Assembly: GCA_019313905.1 (NCBI GenBank) | Contig: JAFDAI010000001.1 | Coordinates: 20,275 to 84,274, forward strand | Source of the DNA: Deltaproteobacteria bacterium | GTDB lineage: Bacteria > Desulfobacterota > Syntrophia > Syntrophales > UBA2210 | Direction: 5' to 3' | Length of the DNA: 64,000 nt | Part shown: positions 7,878 to 16,329 of the stretch, piece after piece | How positions within the stretch are numbered: position 1 is the first letter of the stretch | Layout: every line of letters starts with the position of its first letter | Position numbers and translations under genes: made by a program | Notes under the pieces: model-generated | The model's input: only the letters and a program-made list of their open reading frames with translations | Databases searched by the model: none | What the model was told of the DNA's origin: nothing

Positions 7878-9692
7878 ATGAAAAGATTAATTGATTTGTC
7901 AAAGGAAGAACTTATCGAAAGGATATGGAAGGCAGAACCCGAACTTAAGGGTATTCTTCGTAATTCCAGACATGTGGAAGAAGCTCGGTATGTGTTTTTC
8001 GATTATCTTGATCGTTTCAGAAGAGATCTGTACAACATGAAGTCCGGCACACCCTTTACGGATCTGAATGTTGTGGAGAAGAGAAACGCCCGGGAATGTA
8101 TCAGGGTGCTTTCAAATACAATGCGGACAGAGAATGAACATCTGACACAGACCTCGCCTCTGGAACTTTTGTATAATCTTGCAAATAATGAGGAAAGAAC
8201 CCTTGAGAAGGTAAGCGCGGGGTTTTTGCTGGAATATGTTGCCCTGCTGGAGGGTATCAGAGGGAAATATGGAAAACATTCCAGATACCACGAGCTCCTG
8301 GAGCAGAAAGAGGGCAGAGCTGCCGCCATTGAACGATCTTCCCAGCTGGATGCTTACGGGAAGATGGTGAGAAGATACTTCAGGCGGTACAAAACAGGGC
8401 TGGATCCTAAACTGGTCCAAAAAAGGACTGCGCTGAAACACAAGATACTGGATCATTTCGGGGCCGGAGAAGAAGACTGGGGAAATTATCTCTGGCACAT
8501 GAAACACATCATCAGGGACACTGAGACACTGTCTGCTCTTGTCAAGCTGGATGATGATGAAATGGAAGGTTTGACACTGGCGACAAAAAATCATATTCCT
8601 TTTGAAATAACGCCTCATTATCTATCGCTTTTTAATGAAGATGGAAGATCTCCTCATGATCGCACCGTTCGCGCGCAGGTTATCCAGAGCTCCCAGTATT
8701 GCATCAACGTCCTCGCAAATCAGGGGGATGGAAGAGACATGGATTTTATGGGAGAGCGTGCTACAAGTCCGATAGATGGAGTCACGCGCAGGTATCCTCA
8801 GATTATTATCATGAAACCGTTCAATTCATGCCCGCAGATATGTGTTTATTGTCAGAGAAACTGGGAGATAAAGGATATTGACGACAACCCCATGATGCCC
8901 AGGGACAAGGTAGAAGAGATGATAAACTGGGCCAGAGAGGATGAAAATCTCTCAGAGATTCTGATAACCGGTGGAGACCCTTTTACACTCAACAACAAGT
9001 ACCTTGACTGGATGATCGGAGAGGTCGCGGCAATAGATCATGTAGACAGGATAAGAATCGGAACCAGAACGCTTGTAACCCTGCCCCAGAGGATAAATGA
9101 CGGTCTGCTTGAGATCCTTGAGAAATACCACGAGTGGGGAAAAAGAGAGATCGCTATCGTTACACATATCGAACACCCCACCGAGATATGTCCGGAAGTC
9201 CTGGACGCCGTGAAAAAGATAAGAAAGCTGGGAATCAATATCTATAACCAGCAGGTCTTTACCTATTATAACAGCAGAAAATTTGAAACGGCCTTCCTGC
9301 GGAAAACGCTCAAGGTTTGCGGTATTGATCCCTACTATACATTCAACTGTCAGGGTAAGGGTGAAACCGTGGATTTCAGGGTTCCCATAGCAAGGATATT
9401 GCAGGAAAATAAAGAAGAGGGAAGGCTCCTGCCCGGTCTTGTCAGGACGGATGAGCCGGTCTTTAATGTGCCGAGGCTGGGGAAATCACACTTGAGGGCG
9501 TGGCAGGACCATGAAGTCATAATGATTTTACCCGATGGCCGGAGGGTATACAGATTCTATTCATGGGAGACAAAGCTTACAACGGCCAAGGACTACCTCT
9601 ACACGGATGTGTCCATTTACGATTACCTCAAAAGGCTCCGGGAAGATGGCGAGAACGTGAACGATTATCTTTCCATGCTGTATTATTTTTAA
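7878..9692 (+). CDS. KamA-family radical SAM / PLP-dependent amino acid 2,3-aminomutase-like enzyme with a long N-terminal extension
   Basis: CPQICVYCQ is the CxxxCxxC cluster motif. ITGGDPF, RIGTRTLVTLPQRIN and VPRLGKS (putative PLP lysine) are KamA-like. GAGGTGG lies 5 nt before ATG 7878; the listed ORF starts at GTG 7869. Confidence 0.85.
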   Translation: MKRLIDLSKEELIERIWKAEPELKGILRNSRHVEEARYVFFDYLDRFRRDLYNMKSGTPFTDLNVVEKRNARECIRVLSNTMRTENEHLTQTSPLELLYNLANNEERTLEKVSAGFLLEYVALLEGIRGKYGKHSRYHELLEQKEGRAAAIERSSQLDAYGKMVRRYFRRYKTGLDPKLVQKRTALKHKILDHFGAGEEDWGNYLWHMKHIIRDTETLSALVKLDDDEMEGLTLATKNHIPFEITPHYLSLFNEDGRSPHDRTVRAQVIQSSQYCINVLANQGDGRDMDFMGERATSPIDGVTRRYPQIIIMKPFNSCPQICVYCQRNWEIKDIDDNPMMPRDKVEEMINWAREDENLSEILITGGDPFTLNNKYLDWMIGEVAAIDHVDRIRIGTRTLVTLPQRINDGLLEILEKYHEWGKREIAIVTHIEHPTEICPEVLDAVKKIRKLGINIYNQQVFTYYNSRKFETAFLRKTLKVCGIDPYYTFNCQGKGETVDFRVPIARILQENKEEGRLLPGLVRTDEPVFNVPRLGKSHLRAWQDHEVIMILPDGRRVYRFYSWETKLTTAKDYLYTDVSIYDYLKRLREDGENVNDYLSMLYYF

Positions 9693-10330
9693 TGTCTTAG
9701 CTGTTGTTTTTTTGAGTTTCCTGTGAACAACAGCGGGAATACGATATCACTGACACAGCAGGGTATCAGGACAGCAACAAACAGGAATATAAAGACGGCA
9801 ACATAAGACAGCCAGTTTAATATATCCCCCGCCGCCATAATTATATGAAAGAGTGAAGCCCAGGTGCTGAGGAGAACATGTCCGGCATGGGGAAACTTTG
9901 TCGACGGCCGGAAATAGGCTATGGCTATTCCCAGTATTGCCAGGGGATTTATCAGCCACCACTTTTCGATGAAGCCGATGTGAAGGCCCCTTTCAGGCAT
10001 ATTGAGCATAATTTCGCCAAGATAGGGTATCAGGGAATCACTTATAGTGGCAATACCTATGGATCCTGCATAACCAATAACCAGCAGAATCCAAATATTA
10101 CATTTGCCTTTGATCTTACCACATTTGTGAAGTTCGTACATGGATGCCGTGACAAGGGCACTGAGAACAACGTGTGCCGGGTGGAGAACATAAAATATAT
10201 TCATAGCAGTTGTGTGGGGTACATGCTGAAAGAGGACCATAATTACTATACCGGTAATTGCACCAAAAAGAGTAAAAGGGGCGTGATTTTTTAATTCTTT
10301 TAATATTTGTCCGGTCATAACTCTCCTCAT
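9689..10330 (-). CDS. Hypothetical polytopic membrane protein, His-rich
   Basis: 213 aa with about 6 hydrophobic segments and repeated His (HVPH, HPAH, HAGH, FH). Its stop overlaps the convergent aminomutase stop by 4 nt. Confidence 0.55.
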   Translation of the reverse strand: MRRVMTGQILKELKNHAPFTLFGAITGIVIMVLFQHVPHTTAMNIFYVLHPAHVVLSALVTASMYELHKCGKIKGKCNIWILLVIGYAGSIGIATISDSLIPYLGEIMLNMPERGLHIGFIEKWWLINPLAILGIAIAYFRPSTKFPHAGHVLLSTWASLFHIIMAAGDILNWLSYVAVFIFLFVAVLIPCCVSDIVFPLLFTGNSKKQQLRH

Positions 10331-10450
10331 CTTTTTTATCCGGAAAGTATACTCTTTGCAAGCTTTACGTCAAGTTAAGTCGTTAATTATCTTAAATAAA
10401 GCGCATATGCAAGCCCTTTATCTAAAAAATAAATCAGGCGCTTTGACCTG

Positions 10451-10479
10451 TTGCGTCCTCGTAATAAGAAGGCTATAAT
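10451..10479 (+). promoter_or_regulatory. Candidate sigma70 promoter for the M16 peptidase gene
   Basis: TTGCGT (10451-10456), 17-nt spacer, TATAAT (10474-10479). Confidence 0.35.
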
Positions 10480-10512
10480 GAAAATTTTAGCAATATCAGG
10501 CAAAATAAAACG

Positions 10513-13455
10513 ATGGGGGAACAAATGACAGAGGCATCTTATGGTTTTGAACTCTTACAGGAACAGTATATTGATGAACTGAAGACACGCGCAAGATTTT
10601 ACAGGCATGTCCAAACGGGCGCCGAGCTTTTATCGATGATAAATGATGACGAGAACAAGGTGTTCGGAATCACCTTTCGGACGCCACCTCGCGATTCAAC
10701 AGGCGTGGCCCACATTCTGGAGCATTCCGTCCTCTGCGGTTCCCGCAGGTATCCGGTGAAGGAACCCTTCGTGGAAATATTAAAGGGCTCTCTGCAGACT
10801 TTCCTGAATGCCTTCACCTATCCGGACAGGACCTGTTATCCCGTGGCAAGTCAGAATGTCCAGGATTTTTACAATTTGATAGATGTCTATCTTGACGCGG
10901 TCTTCTACCCGCGTATCACGCCGGAGATATTTCAGCAGGAGGGGTGGCACTACGAGATGGAGGCGCCGGATGGACCTCTTGTGTACAGGGGCGTGGTTTT
11001 CAATGAAATGAAGGGCGCAAACTCATCTCCGGACAGGCTTCTCGCCGAATATTCACAACAGTCTCTGTTTCCCGATAATACATACGGGCTGGATTCGGGG
11101 GGAGATCCCGCGGTTATCCCCGAGCTGGAATATGAACAGTTCAGGGATTTTCACCGGAGATACTATCATCCTTCCAATGCACGCATTTTCTTTGCCGGTG
11201 ATGATGACCCGGAAGAGAGACTGCGGCTTACAAATGATTATCTGAAAGACTTTCAAAAGATGAAAGTGGATTCAGCGATATTCCTCCAGCCACGATTTGA
11301 CGGTCCCAGACGGGTCGTGCGTTCCTTTGCCGCGGGAGACGATTCATCCAGGAGTATGGTGACGGTAAACTGGCTGTTTAGCGAGACAAAAGATGCCGTC
11401 ACAAATATGGCTCTCCATATTCTGGGATATATCCTTCTTGGCACGCCCGGTTCGCCCCTGCGCAAGGCGCTTATTGAGTCCGGCCTCGGAGAGGATGTTA
11501 CAGGAGGCGGCCTGGAGGGTGAATTGCAGCAACTGTTTTTCTCTGTGGGACTGAAGGGAATTGATGACGGGAAGGCGAATGCTGTGGAGGCACTGATACT
11601 GGAAACTCTGGAAAGGCTGGCGGGGGATGGCATTGAGCCCGACGCGGTGGAAGCAGCCGTTAATACCATAGAATTCGGCCTGCGTGAAAACAACACAGGC
11701 AGTTATCCCCGCGGGCTGGTGCTGATGCTCAGGGCAATGACTACATGGCTGTATGATGGCGACCCTCTTGCATTACTTTCCTTTGAGTCTCTTCTGTCGG
11801 AGGTCAAGTCGCGTATCACTTCGGAGAAATCATTCTTTGCAGATACGATAAGAAAATATTTCCTGGATAATCCGCACCGCACAACTGTTGTTATGGAACC
11901 GGATACGAATCTGAAGAATGAGATGGATGCGGTGGAGAAACAGAGACTCGATGATGTTCGCGGTTCCGCCGGCCCGGAGAGATTGGAAAACACCTTTAAA
12001 AACGCCGAACGGCTCAAAAAAATCCAGGAAGCTCCGGATTCTCCTGACGCCCTTGCAACCATACCCATCCTGAAGCTTGCCGATCTGGAGAAGAAAAACA
12101 GGACAATACCTCTCTCCGTTCTGGATGAAAAGGGTGCAACGGTTTTGTATCACGACATATCCACAAATGGCATCGCATACGTTGAAACAGGTCTGAATCT
12201 GCGCTCATTGCCCCGGAGATATGTCCAGTATATTCCCCTGTTCAGCAGAGCGCTCCTTGAAATGGGTACAAAAAAGGAAGATTATGTTGAGATTTCCCGT
12301 AGAATTGACCGGAAGACAGGGGGAGTGCATCCATCTTTGTTTATATCAGAGGTTAAGAATACAGGCGATGTCGAGGCCAGGCTTTTCGTCTGCGGGAAGG
12401 CGATGCTTCCACAGGTGGGGGACCTTTTCGATATTATCAGGGATCTTCTTATGGATGTCAGACTGGACAACAGGGAGCGTTTCAGGCAGATGGTCCTGGA
12501 GGAAAAAGCCCGGCAGGAACAGCAGCTGATACCCGGCGGACATCAGGCAGTTAACCTGCGCCTGAGGGCACATTTCAGCAAAGCCGGCTGGTTGGCCGAA
12601 CAGTTAAACGGAGTGAGTTATCTCTTCTTTCTGCGTGAACTTGCCGGCAGGATAGATAATGACTGGTCTTCTGTTTATTCTACTCTTGAGGAGATGCGGC
12701 ATGCCCTTGTCAACCGTGAGAATATGTTATTCAATGTCACCGTTGATGAAGCAGGATGGGGAAAGGTAAGGCCCTGTCTTGCCAGCTTTGCAGGCAAAAT
12801 ACCGGCAGGGCCGGTCGGCACAGAGTCTAACATTGCCGGAGATCTTTTGACTGACATGAATATCCCTGGACATGAGGGACTTATCGTTCCCTCTCAGATC
12901 AACTATGTAGGAAAGGGAGCGGATATTTACAGGGCGGGATATACGTATCACGGCTCTATCAAGGTTATTACCCGCTATCTCAGGACTTCCTGGCTGTGGG
13001 ATCGTATCCGGGTGCGGGGGGGGGCCTACGGAGCGTTTTGTAGTTTTGATAAATTTTCCGGTGTATTGACCTTTCTGTCGTACCGCGATCCGAATCTTCT
13101 GAAAACCATCGAGACGTTCGACGAAACAGCCGGATTCCTGCGTAATTGTAATCTGGGCGATGATGAATTGACGAAGGGCATTATCGGCGCCATAGGGGAT
13201 ATGGATGCGTATATGTTTCCCGATGCCAGAGGATATGCCTCAATGGTTCATTATCTGACCGGTAATACCGAGGAAGATATCCAGCGTACGCGAGATGAAA
13301 TTCTGTCTACAACAGCTCAAGATTTCAAAAAGTTTGCGGGTGTGATAGACGAGGTGGCAAAAAACGGATTGGTGAAAATTCTTGGTTCAGAGAACGCTAT
13401 TGCAGAAGCCGCCGGTGGTAAGCTGCCGCCACTGAACATCTTAAAGGTGCTTTAA
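10513..13455 (+). CDS. M16C family metallopeptidase (presequence protease / PreP-like insulinase)
   Basis: 980 aa with the inverted zinc motif HILEHSVLCGS (HxxEH) near the N-terminus. Length and architecture are typical of M16C. ATG 10525 is an alternative start. Confidence 0.9.
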   Translation: MGEQMTEASYGFELLQEQYIDELKTRARFYRHVQTGAELLSMINDDENKVFGITFRTPPRDSTGVAHILEHSVLCGSRRYPVKEPFVEILKGSLQTFLNAFTYPDRTCYPVASQNVQDFYNLIDVYLDAVFYPRITPEIFQQEGWHYEMEAPDGPLVYRGVVFNEMKGANSSPDRLLAEYSQQSLFPDNTYGLDSGGDPAVIPELEYEQFRDFHRRYYHPSNARIFFAGDDDPEERLRLTNDYLKDFQKMKVDSAIFLQPRFDGPRRVVRSFAAGDDSSRSMVTVNWLFSETKDAVTNMALHILGYILLGTPGSPLRKALIESGLGEDVTGGGLEGELQQLFFSVGLKGIDDGKANAVEALILETLERLAGDGIEPDAVEAAVNTIEFGLRENNTGSYPRGLVLMLRAMTTWLYDGDPLALLSFESLLSEVKSRITSEKSFFADTIRKYFLDNPHRTTVVMEPDTNLKNEMDAVEKQRLDDVRGSAGPERLENTFKNAERLKKIQEAPDSPDALATIPILKLADLEKKNRTIPLSVLDEKGATVLYHDISTNGIAYVETGLNLRSLPRRYVQYIPLFSRALLEMGTKKEDYVEISRRIDRKTGGVHPSLFISEVKNTGDVEARLFVCGKAMLPQVGDLFDIIRDLLMDVRLDNRERFRQMVLEEKARQEQQLIPGGHQAVNLRLRAHFSKAGWLAEQLNGVSYLFFLRELAGRIDNDWSSVYSTLEEMRHALVNRENMLFNVTVDEAGWGKVRPCLASFAGKIPAGPVGTESNIAGDLLTDMNIPGHEGLIVPSQINYVGKGADIYRAGYTYHGSIKVITRYLRTSWLWDRIRVRGGAYGAFCSFDKFSGVLTFLSYRDPNLLKTIETFDETAGFLRNCNLGDDELTKGIIGAIGDMDAYMFPDARGYASMVHYLTGNTEEDIQRTRDEILSTTAQDFKKFAGVIDEVAKNGLVKILGSENAIAEAAGGKLPPLNILKVL

Positions 13456-13510
13456 AATATGGGAAACCCGGCCATGCACGATCAGGCGGTGGGTTTTGGT
13501 CATTATTTTA

Positions 13511-13539
13511 TTGACACACAAGATTGTTCATATTATATT
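13511..13539 (+). promoter_or_regulatory. Near-consensus sigma70 promoter-like element
   Basis: TTGACA (13511-13516), 17-nt spacer, TATATT (13534-13539). If used, it gives a leader of about 430 nt before the CoA-transferase genes. Confidence 0.35.
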
Positions 13540-13971
13540 TTCACTTGGTGGTAAGTCTTGGTCAGGTTTCTGTATGAAAGTATCAGGCATTCTGTTCTTT
13601 GAAATTTTGCAGGATCTCCGCATCGGAATCTGTTATGAAACTGAAACTTCTCAGTTCATTCTGAATCTGAATGCGCAGTTGCTGTGCCTGCGCTGCAAGC
13701 GGAATGTCATGTAGAGAAGTAATTTAATGCACTTATTTTATAATTTATTTACATGTAAAAACCTGACCGGAAGTTGCTGATTTTTATTGTTGATGTGTTC
13801 GTAAAAAGTCTTCCCAAGATGTTATTTCGAGTAAGACGAGAAATCTGGCGTGTGTGACATATTATAGATGCAAGGTTTCTCTCTGTGGTTGAAATGACGA
13901 ATTCGCTGATTTTGACTTTTTGCGGGTTTATAGTTGTTGAAAAGAAAATTCTTATCAAAAAAGGAGGAATC

Positions 13972-14793
13972 ATGGCAAAGATAGGAGGCAAAAAGGAACT
14001 GTTAGAGAAGTTTACGCAACCGGAGATGATGTGTTGCGCCTGCGCCAGGCGCGTGCCCGATGAAGCCATCATGGACATTGGTGTGGGCTTGGGTCTGGTA
14101 GCAGCAAATCTGGCCAAGGCGATTTACGCGCCTGACGCCGTCTTCATGTACGAGAGTGGCTCCATAGATGCCGTTGTTGTGGGCGACAGGTTGCCCGAGG
14201 GCATCGATGACTCGGTCATCCAAGCAGATACTCCCTGTATCACCGACCTGCTTCACGTGCTGGGATGGGCCACCATGAGTGGCAAAAGCACCCACACCCT
14301 GCTGGGATTCGCCCAAGTGGACAAATTCGGCAATCTGAATACCACCTGCATGGGCAATTACTATGACCCTGATATCAGATTCCCCGGCAGTGGCGGAGCT
14401 CATGACCTGGGCACCGGTGCTGTTCACCCTATTCTGTTGGGCCCGCAAACCAGGAGATCCCTGGTGGACAAGCTGGACTACAGAACCACGCTGGGCTATG
14501 GGGAGGATGGCCATTTCCGTGAGAAGATGTGGTACCCCGGAAAAGGCCCCCTGGTGATAGTTACCAACCTGGGAGAATATGAGCCCGACCCAGTTACACA
14601 TGAGTTTATCCTCACTGGCGTGATGGCCTACAGCACCGTGGAAGAATGTGTGGAGAATTGCGCCTGGGATTTGAAAGTCTCCCCCGATGTAAAAGAGATT
14701 GCACCTCCAACAGCTGAAGAGACAAGGCAACTCAGGGAAGTGTTGGACAGAGAGGGCAAGAATACCGGCTGGACCAAGCTGGTCAATAAATAA
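13972..14793 (+). CDS. Family I CoA-transferase, subunit B (glutaconate/3-oxoacid CoA-transferase beta-like)
   Basis: AAGGAGG lies 5 nt before ATG 13972. FMYESGS contains the ESG catalytic-glutamate motif of beta subunits. The gene is paired with an A-like subunit. Confidence 0.8.
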   Translation: MAKIGGKKELLEKFTQPEMMCCACARRVPDEAIMDIGVGLGLVAANLAKAIYAPDAVFMYESGSIDAVVVGDRLPEGIDDSVIQADTPCITDLLHVLGWATMSGKSTHTLLGFAQVDKFGNLNTTCMGNYYDPDIRFPGSGGAHDLGTGAVHPILLGPQTRRSLVDKLDYRTTLGYGEDGHFREKMWYPGKGPLVIVTNLGEYEPDPVTHEFILTGVMAYSTVEECVENCAWDLKVSPDVKEIAPPTAEETRQLREVLDREGKNTGWTKLVNK

Positions 14794-14826
14794 ACCAGAT
14801 AACTATAATAAGTTAGGAGGTAGATA

Positions 14827-15897
14827 ATGGCAAAGTTGAAATTAATGCGGGTGGAAGACGCGGTGAAGCGCTTTGTCCACACCAGAACGAGTATTCTCTC
14901 TTCTGGTTTTCCGTTGATGCGAAAGCCCCAGATCTTTTGGAGAGAAATTATAAGGCAGCACATTAATGACAGGATGGACCTTCAAATCATCAGCCCGGGA
15001 ATGGGAGATGAAACTAATGGTTATATGGTAGCTGCCGGACTCGTCGAGAGCTGCGTCACCGTGTTCATCTCTCAGGAGAGACCGGGGACAAATCCCAGCC
15101 TGCGCCGAAGCATTGAGAAGGGTGTCCCGCGCAGAGTAAGGATCGAGGATTACAGTAATCTGTCCATGTGTATGGGTCTGGTAGCCGCTGGCTTAAATGT
15201 ACCGTTTATGCCCTGTCTCTCCGGCCGGTGGGGAGATTTCAGGAAGCCGGGCTTCGGTAGAAGGTTCAATGAAGATGGTACCATTCCTGTTCATCACTAC
15301 CCAAAGGACATTATAATGAAAGACCCCTTCGGCTCGGAGGTTGACACAGCCCTGATCCAAGGAATCTATCCTGATGTTTCCGTCCTCATGGCCCAAGCCG
15401 CTGATCCCTATGGCAATGCTCTGGTGGTCGGCCAGCTGGCTTATGACCAGTGGTCACCATTCGCAGCAAGAAAACATACCATCGTCGTGGCCGACCGCAT
15501 AGTGGACACTGCAGCCTGCAAGCAGTTCCCCAATCTTACACTGGTACCTGGATTCGGGGTCTCCGCTGTGATTCCATGGTATGGTGGTTCCTGGCCCTGT
15601 AATTCAGTAGGGCACTATGGGGAGGATCTTGAGCATATGAGAAAAACGCTGCAGCGGAGCAAGACCCAGGAAGGCGCTGAAGAGTGCATCCGGGATTACT
15701 GTCTGTCCTACAAGGACCATGACGAGTACATGGAGATGATAGGCAAAGACAAGATGAAGGAACTGGAAAATACTGCCACTAAATATCTTGTGGATCCCTT
15801 CCGCGAGTGGTTCATGAGTGACTCCGAGGTGGAGAAACTGATGAAGCAGGCTGAGGCAGAGAGAGCCAAAGCCGAAGCAGAAAGCGAAGCCAAGTAA
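14827..15897 (+). CDS. Family I CoA-transferase, subunit A-like
   Basis: AGGAGG precedes ATG 14827. The 356-aa protein has a GctA/AtoD-like N-terminus (MRVEDAVKRFV...SSGFP). It lies directly downstream of subunit B and carries a Lys/Glu/Ala-rich C-terminal tail. Confidence 0.75.
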   Translation: MAKLKLMRVEDAVKRFVHTRTSILSSGFPLMRKPQIFWREIIRQHINDRMDLQIISPGMGDETNGYMVAAGLVESCVTVFISQERPGTNPSLRRSIEKGVPRRVRIEDYSNLSMCMGLVAAGLNVPFMPCLSGRWGDFRKPGFGRRFNEDGTIPVHHYPKDIIMKDPFGSEVDTALIQGIYPDVSVLMAQAADPYGNALVVGQLAYDQWSPFAARKHTIVVADRIVDTAACKQFPNLTLVPGFGVSAVIPWYGGSWPCNSVGHYGEDLEHMRKTLQRSKTQEGAEECIRDYCLSYKDHDEYMEMIGKDKMKELENTATKYLVDPFREWFMSDSEVEKLMKQAEAERAKAEAESEAK

Positions 15898-15924
15898 ATC
15901 GGCCGTCGCTTAATATCGACACCG

Positions 15925-15958
15925 ACTGGGCGAGGTTATCCTCGCCCAGTTTTATTTT
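15925..15958 (+). terminator. Rho-independent terminator after the CoA-transferase genes
   Basis: ACTGGGCGAGG-ttat-CCTCGCCCAGT stem-loop followed by TTTATTTTAT. Confidence 0.75.
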
Positions 15959-16149
15959 ATTTCTCCTGCGATCTTTTCACACACAGTATTGAAAGAATTC
16001 CTGTTCAGGGGGAAGGGCTCAACAACCATCTCAATGGCCTGAATGTGCTCAGCCCGCGTGATGGATTCCTCCCGGTAACCCGATTGAGTCCCCGTTTCCA
16101 AGAGAACCCGACAAAGATGTCACTCAGGTAATTTTTCCTGAAAATCAGG

Positions 16150-16178
16150 CTTGACAATAACTTTTGTTTATCTTATAG
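16150..16178 (+). promoter_or_regulatory. Near-consensus sigma70 promoter for the fabD-like gene
   Basis: TTGACA (16150-16155), 17-nt spacer, TATAGT (16173-16178). Confidence 0.5.
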
Positions 16179-16329
16179 TTTCTGGAATTTGCGAAAAGTC
16201 TCTATTAATAATCGTATACTTCCACTATTCAAAAGGAAGCCTTTACAAACTTCTCGCACAGGGTCGTATAAGGTGTGAGCGGGGCAATTATAAGTGCAAT
16301 CATAAATATTAAAAACAAGGAGTGAGTTT

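Noticed and set aside
13846-13860. Possible sigma54 promoter (TGGCGTGTGTGACAT)
   Set aside because: It has the GG of a -24 element but no GC or TTGC -12 element at the correct spacing.
13496-14117. ORFs 13496..13714 (+) and 13749..14117 (-) in or overlapping the spacer before the CoA-transferase
   Set aside because: Neither has an SD, and both use odd hydrophobic/Cys-rich or Ser/Ile-rich composition. The second overlaps the true CoA-transferase start in antisense. The protein-like 43-codon minus-strand frame (about 13580-13710) has no start codon.
14002-14730. 242-aa minus-strand ORF
   Set aside because: It is antisense to CoA-transferase subunit B, which has an SD and the catalytic ESG motif. 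The ORF has no features of its own.
15952-16101. 49-codon minus-strand frame (TTG...REESITRAEHIQAIEMVVEPFPLNRNSFNTVCEKIAGEIK*) ending at the CoA-transferase terminator
   Set aside because: It reads like a protein C-terminus, but it has no ATG or GTG start and no SD, and it overlaps the fabD-like promoter region. Most likely it is a gene remnant, though a tblastn search would settle it.
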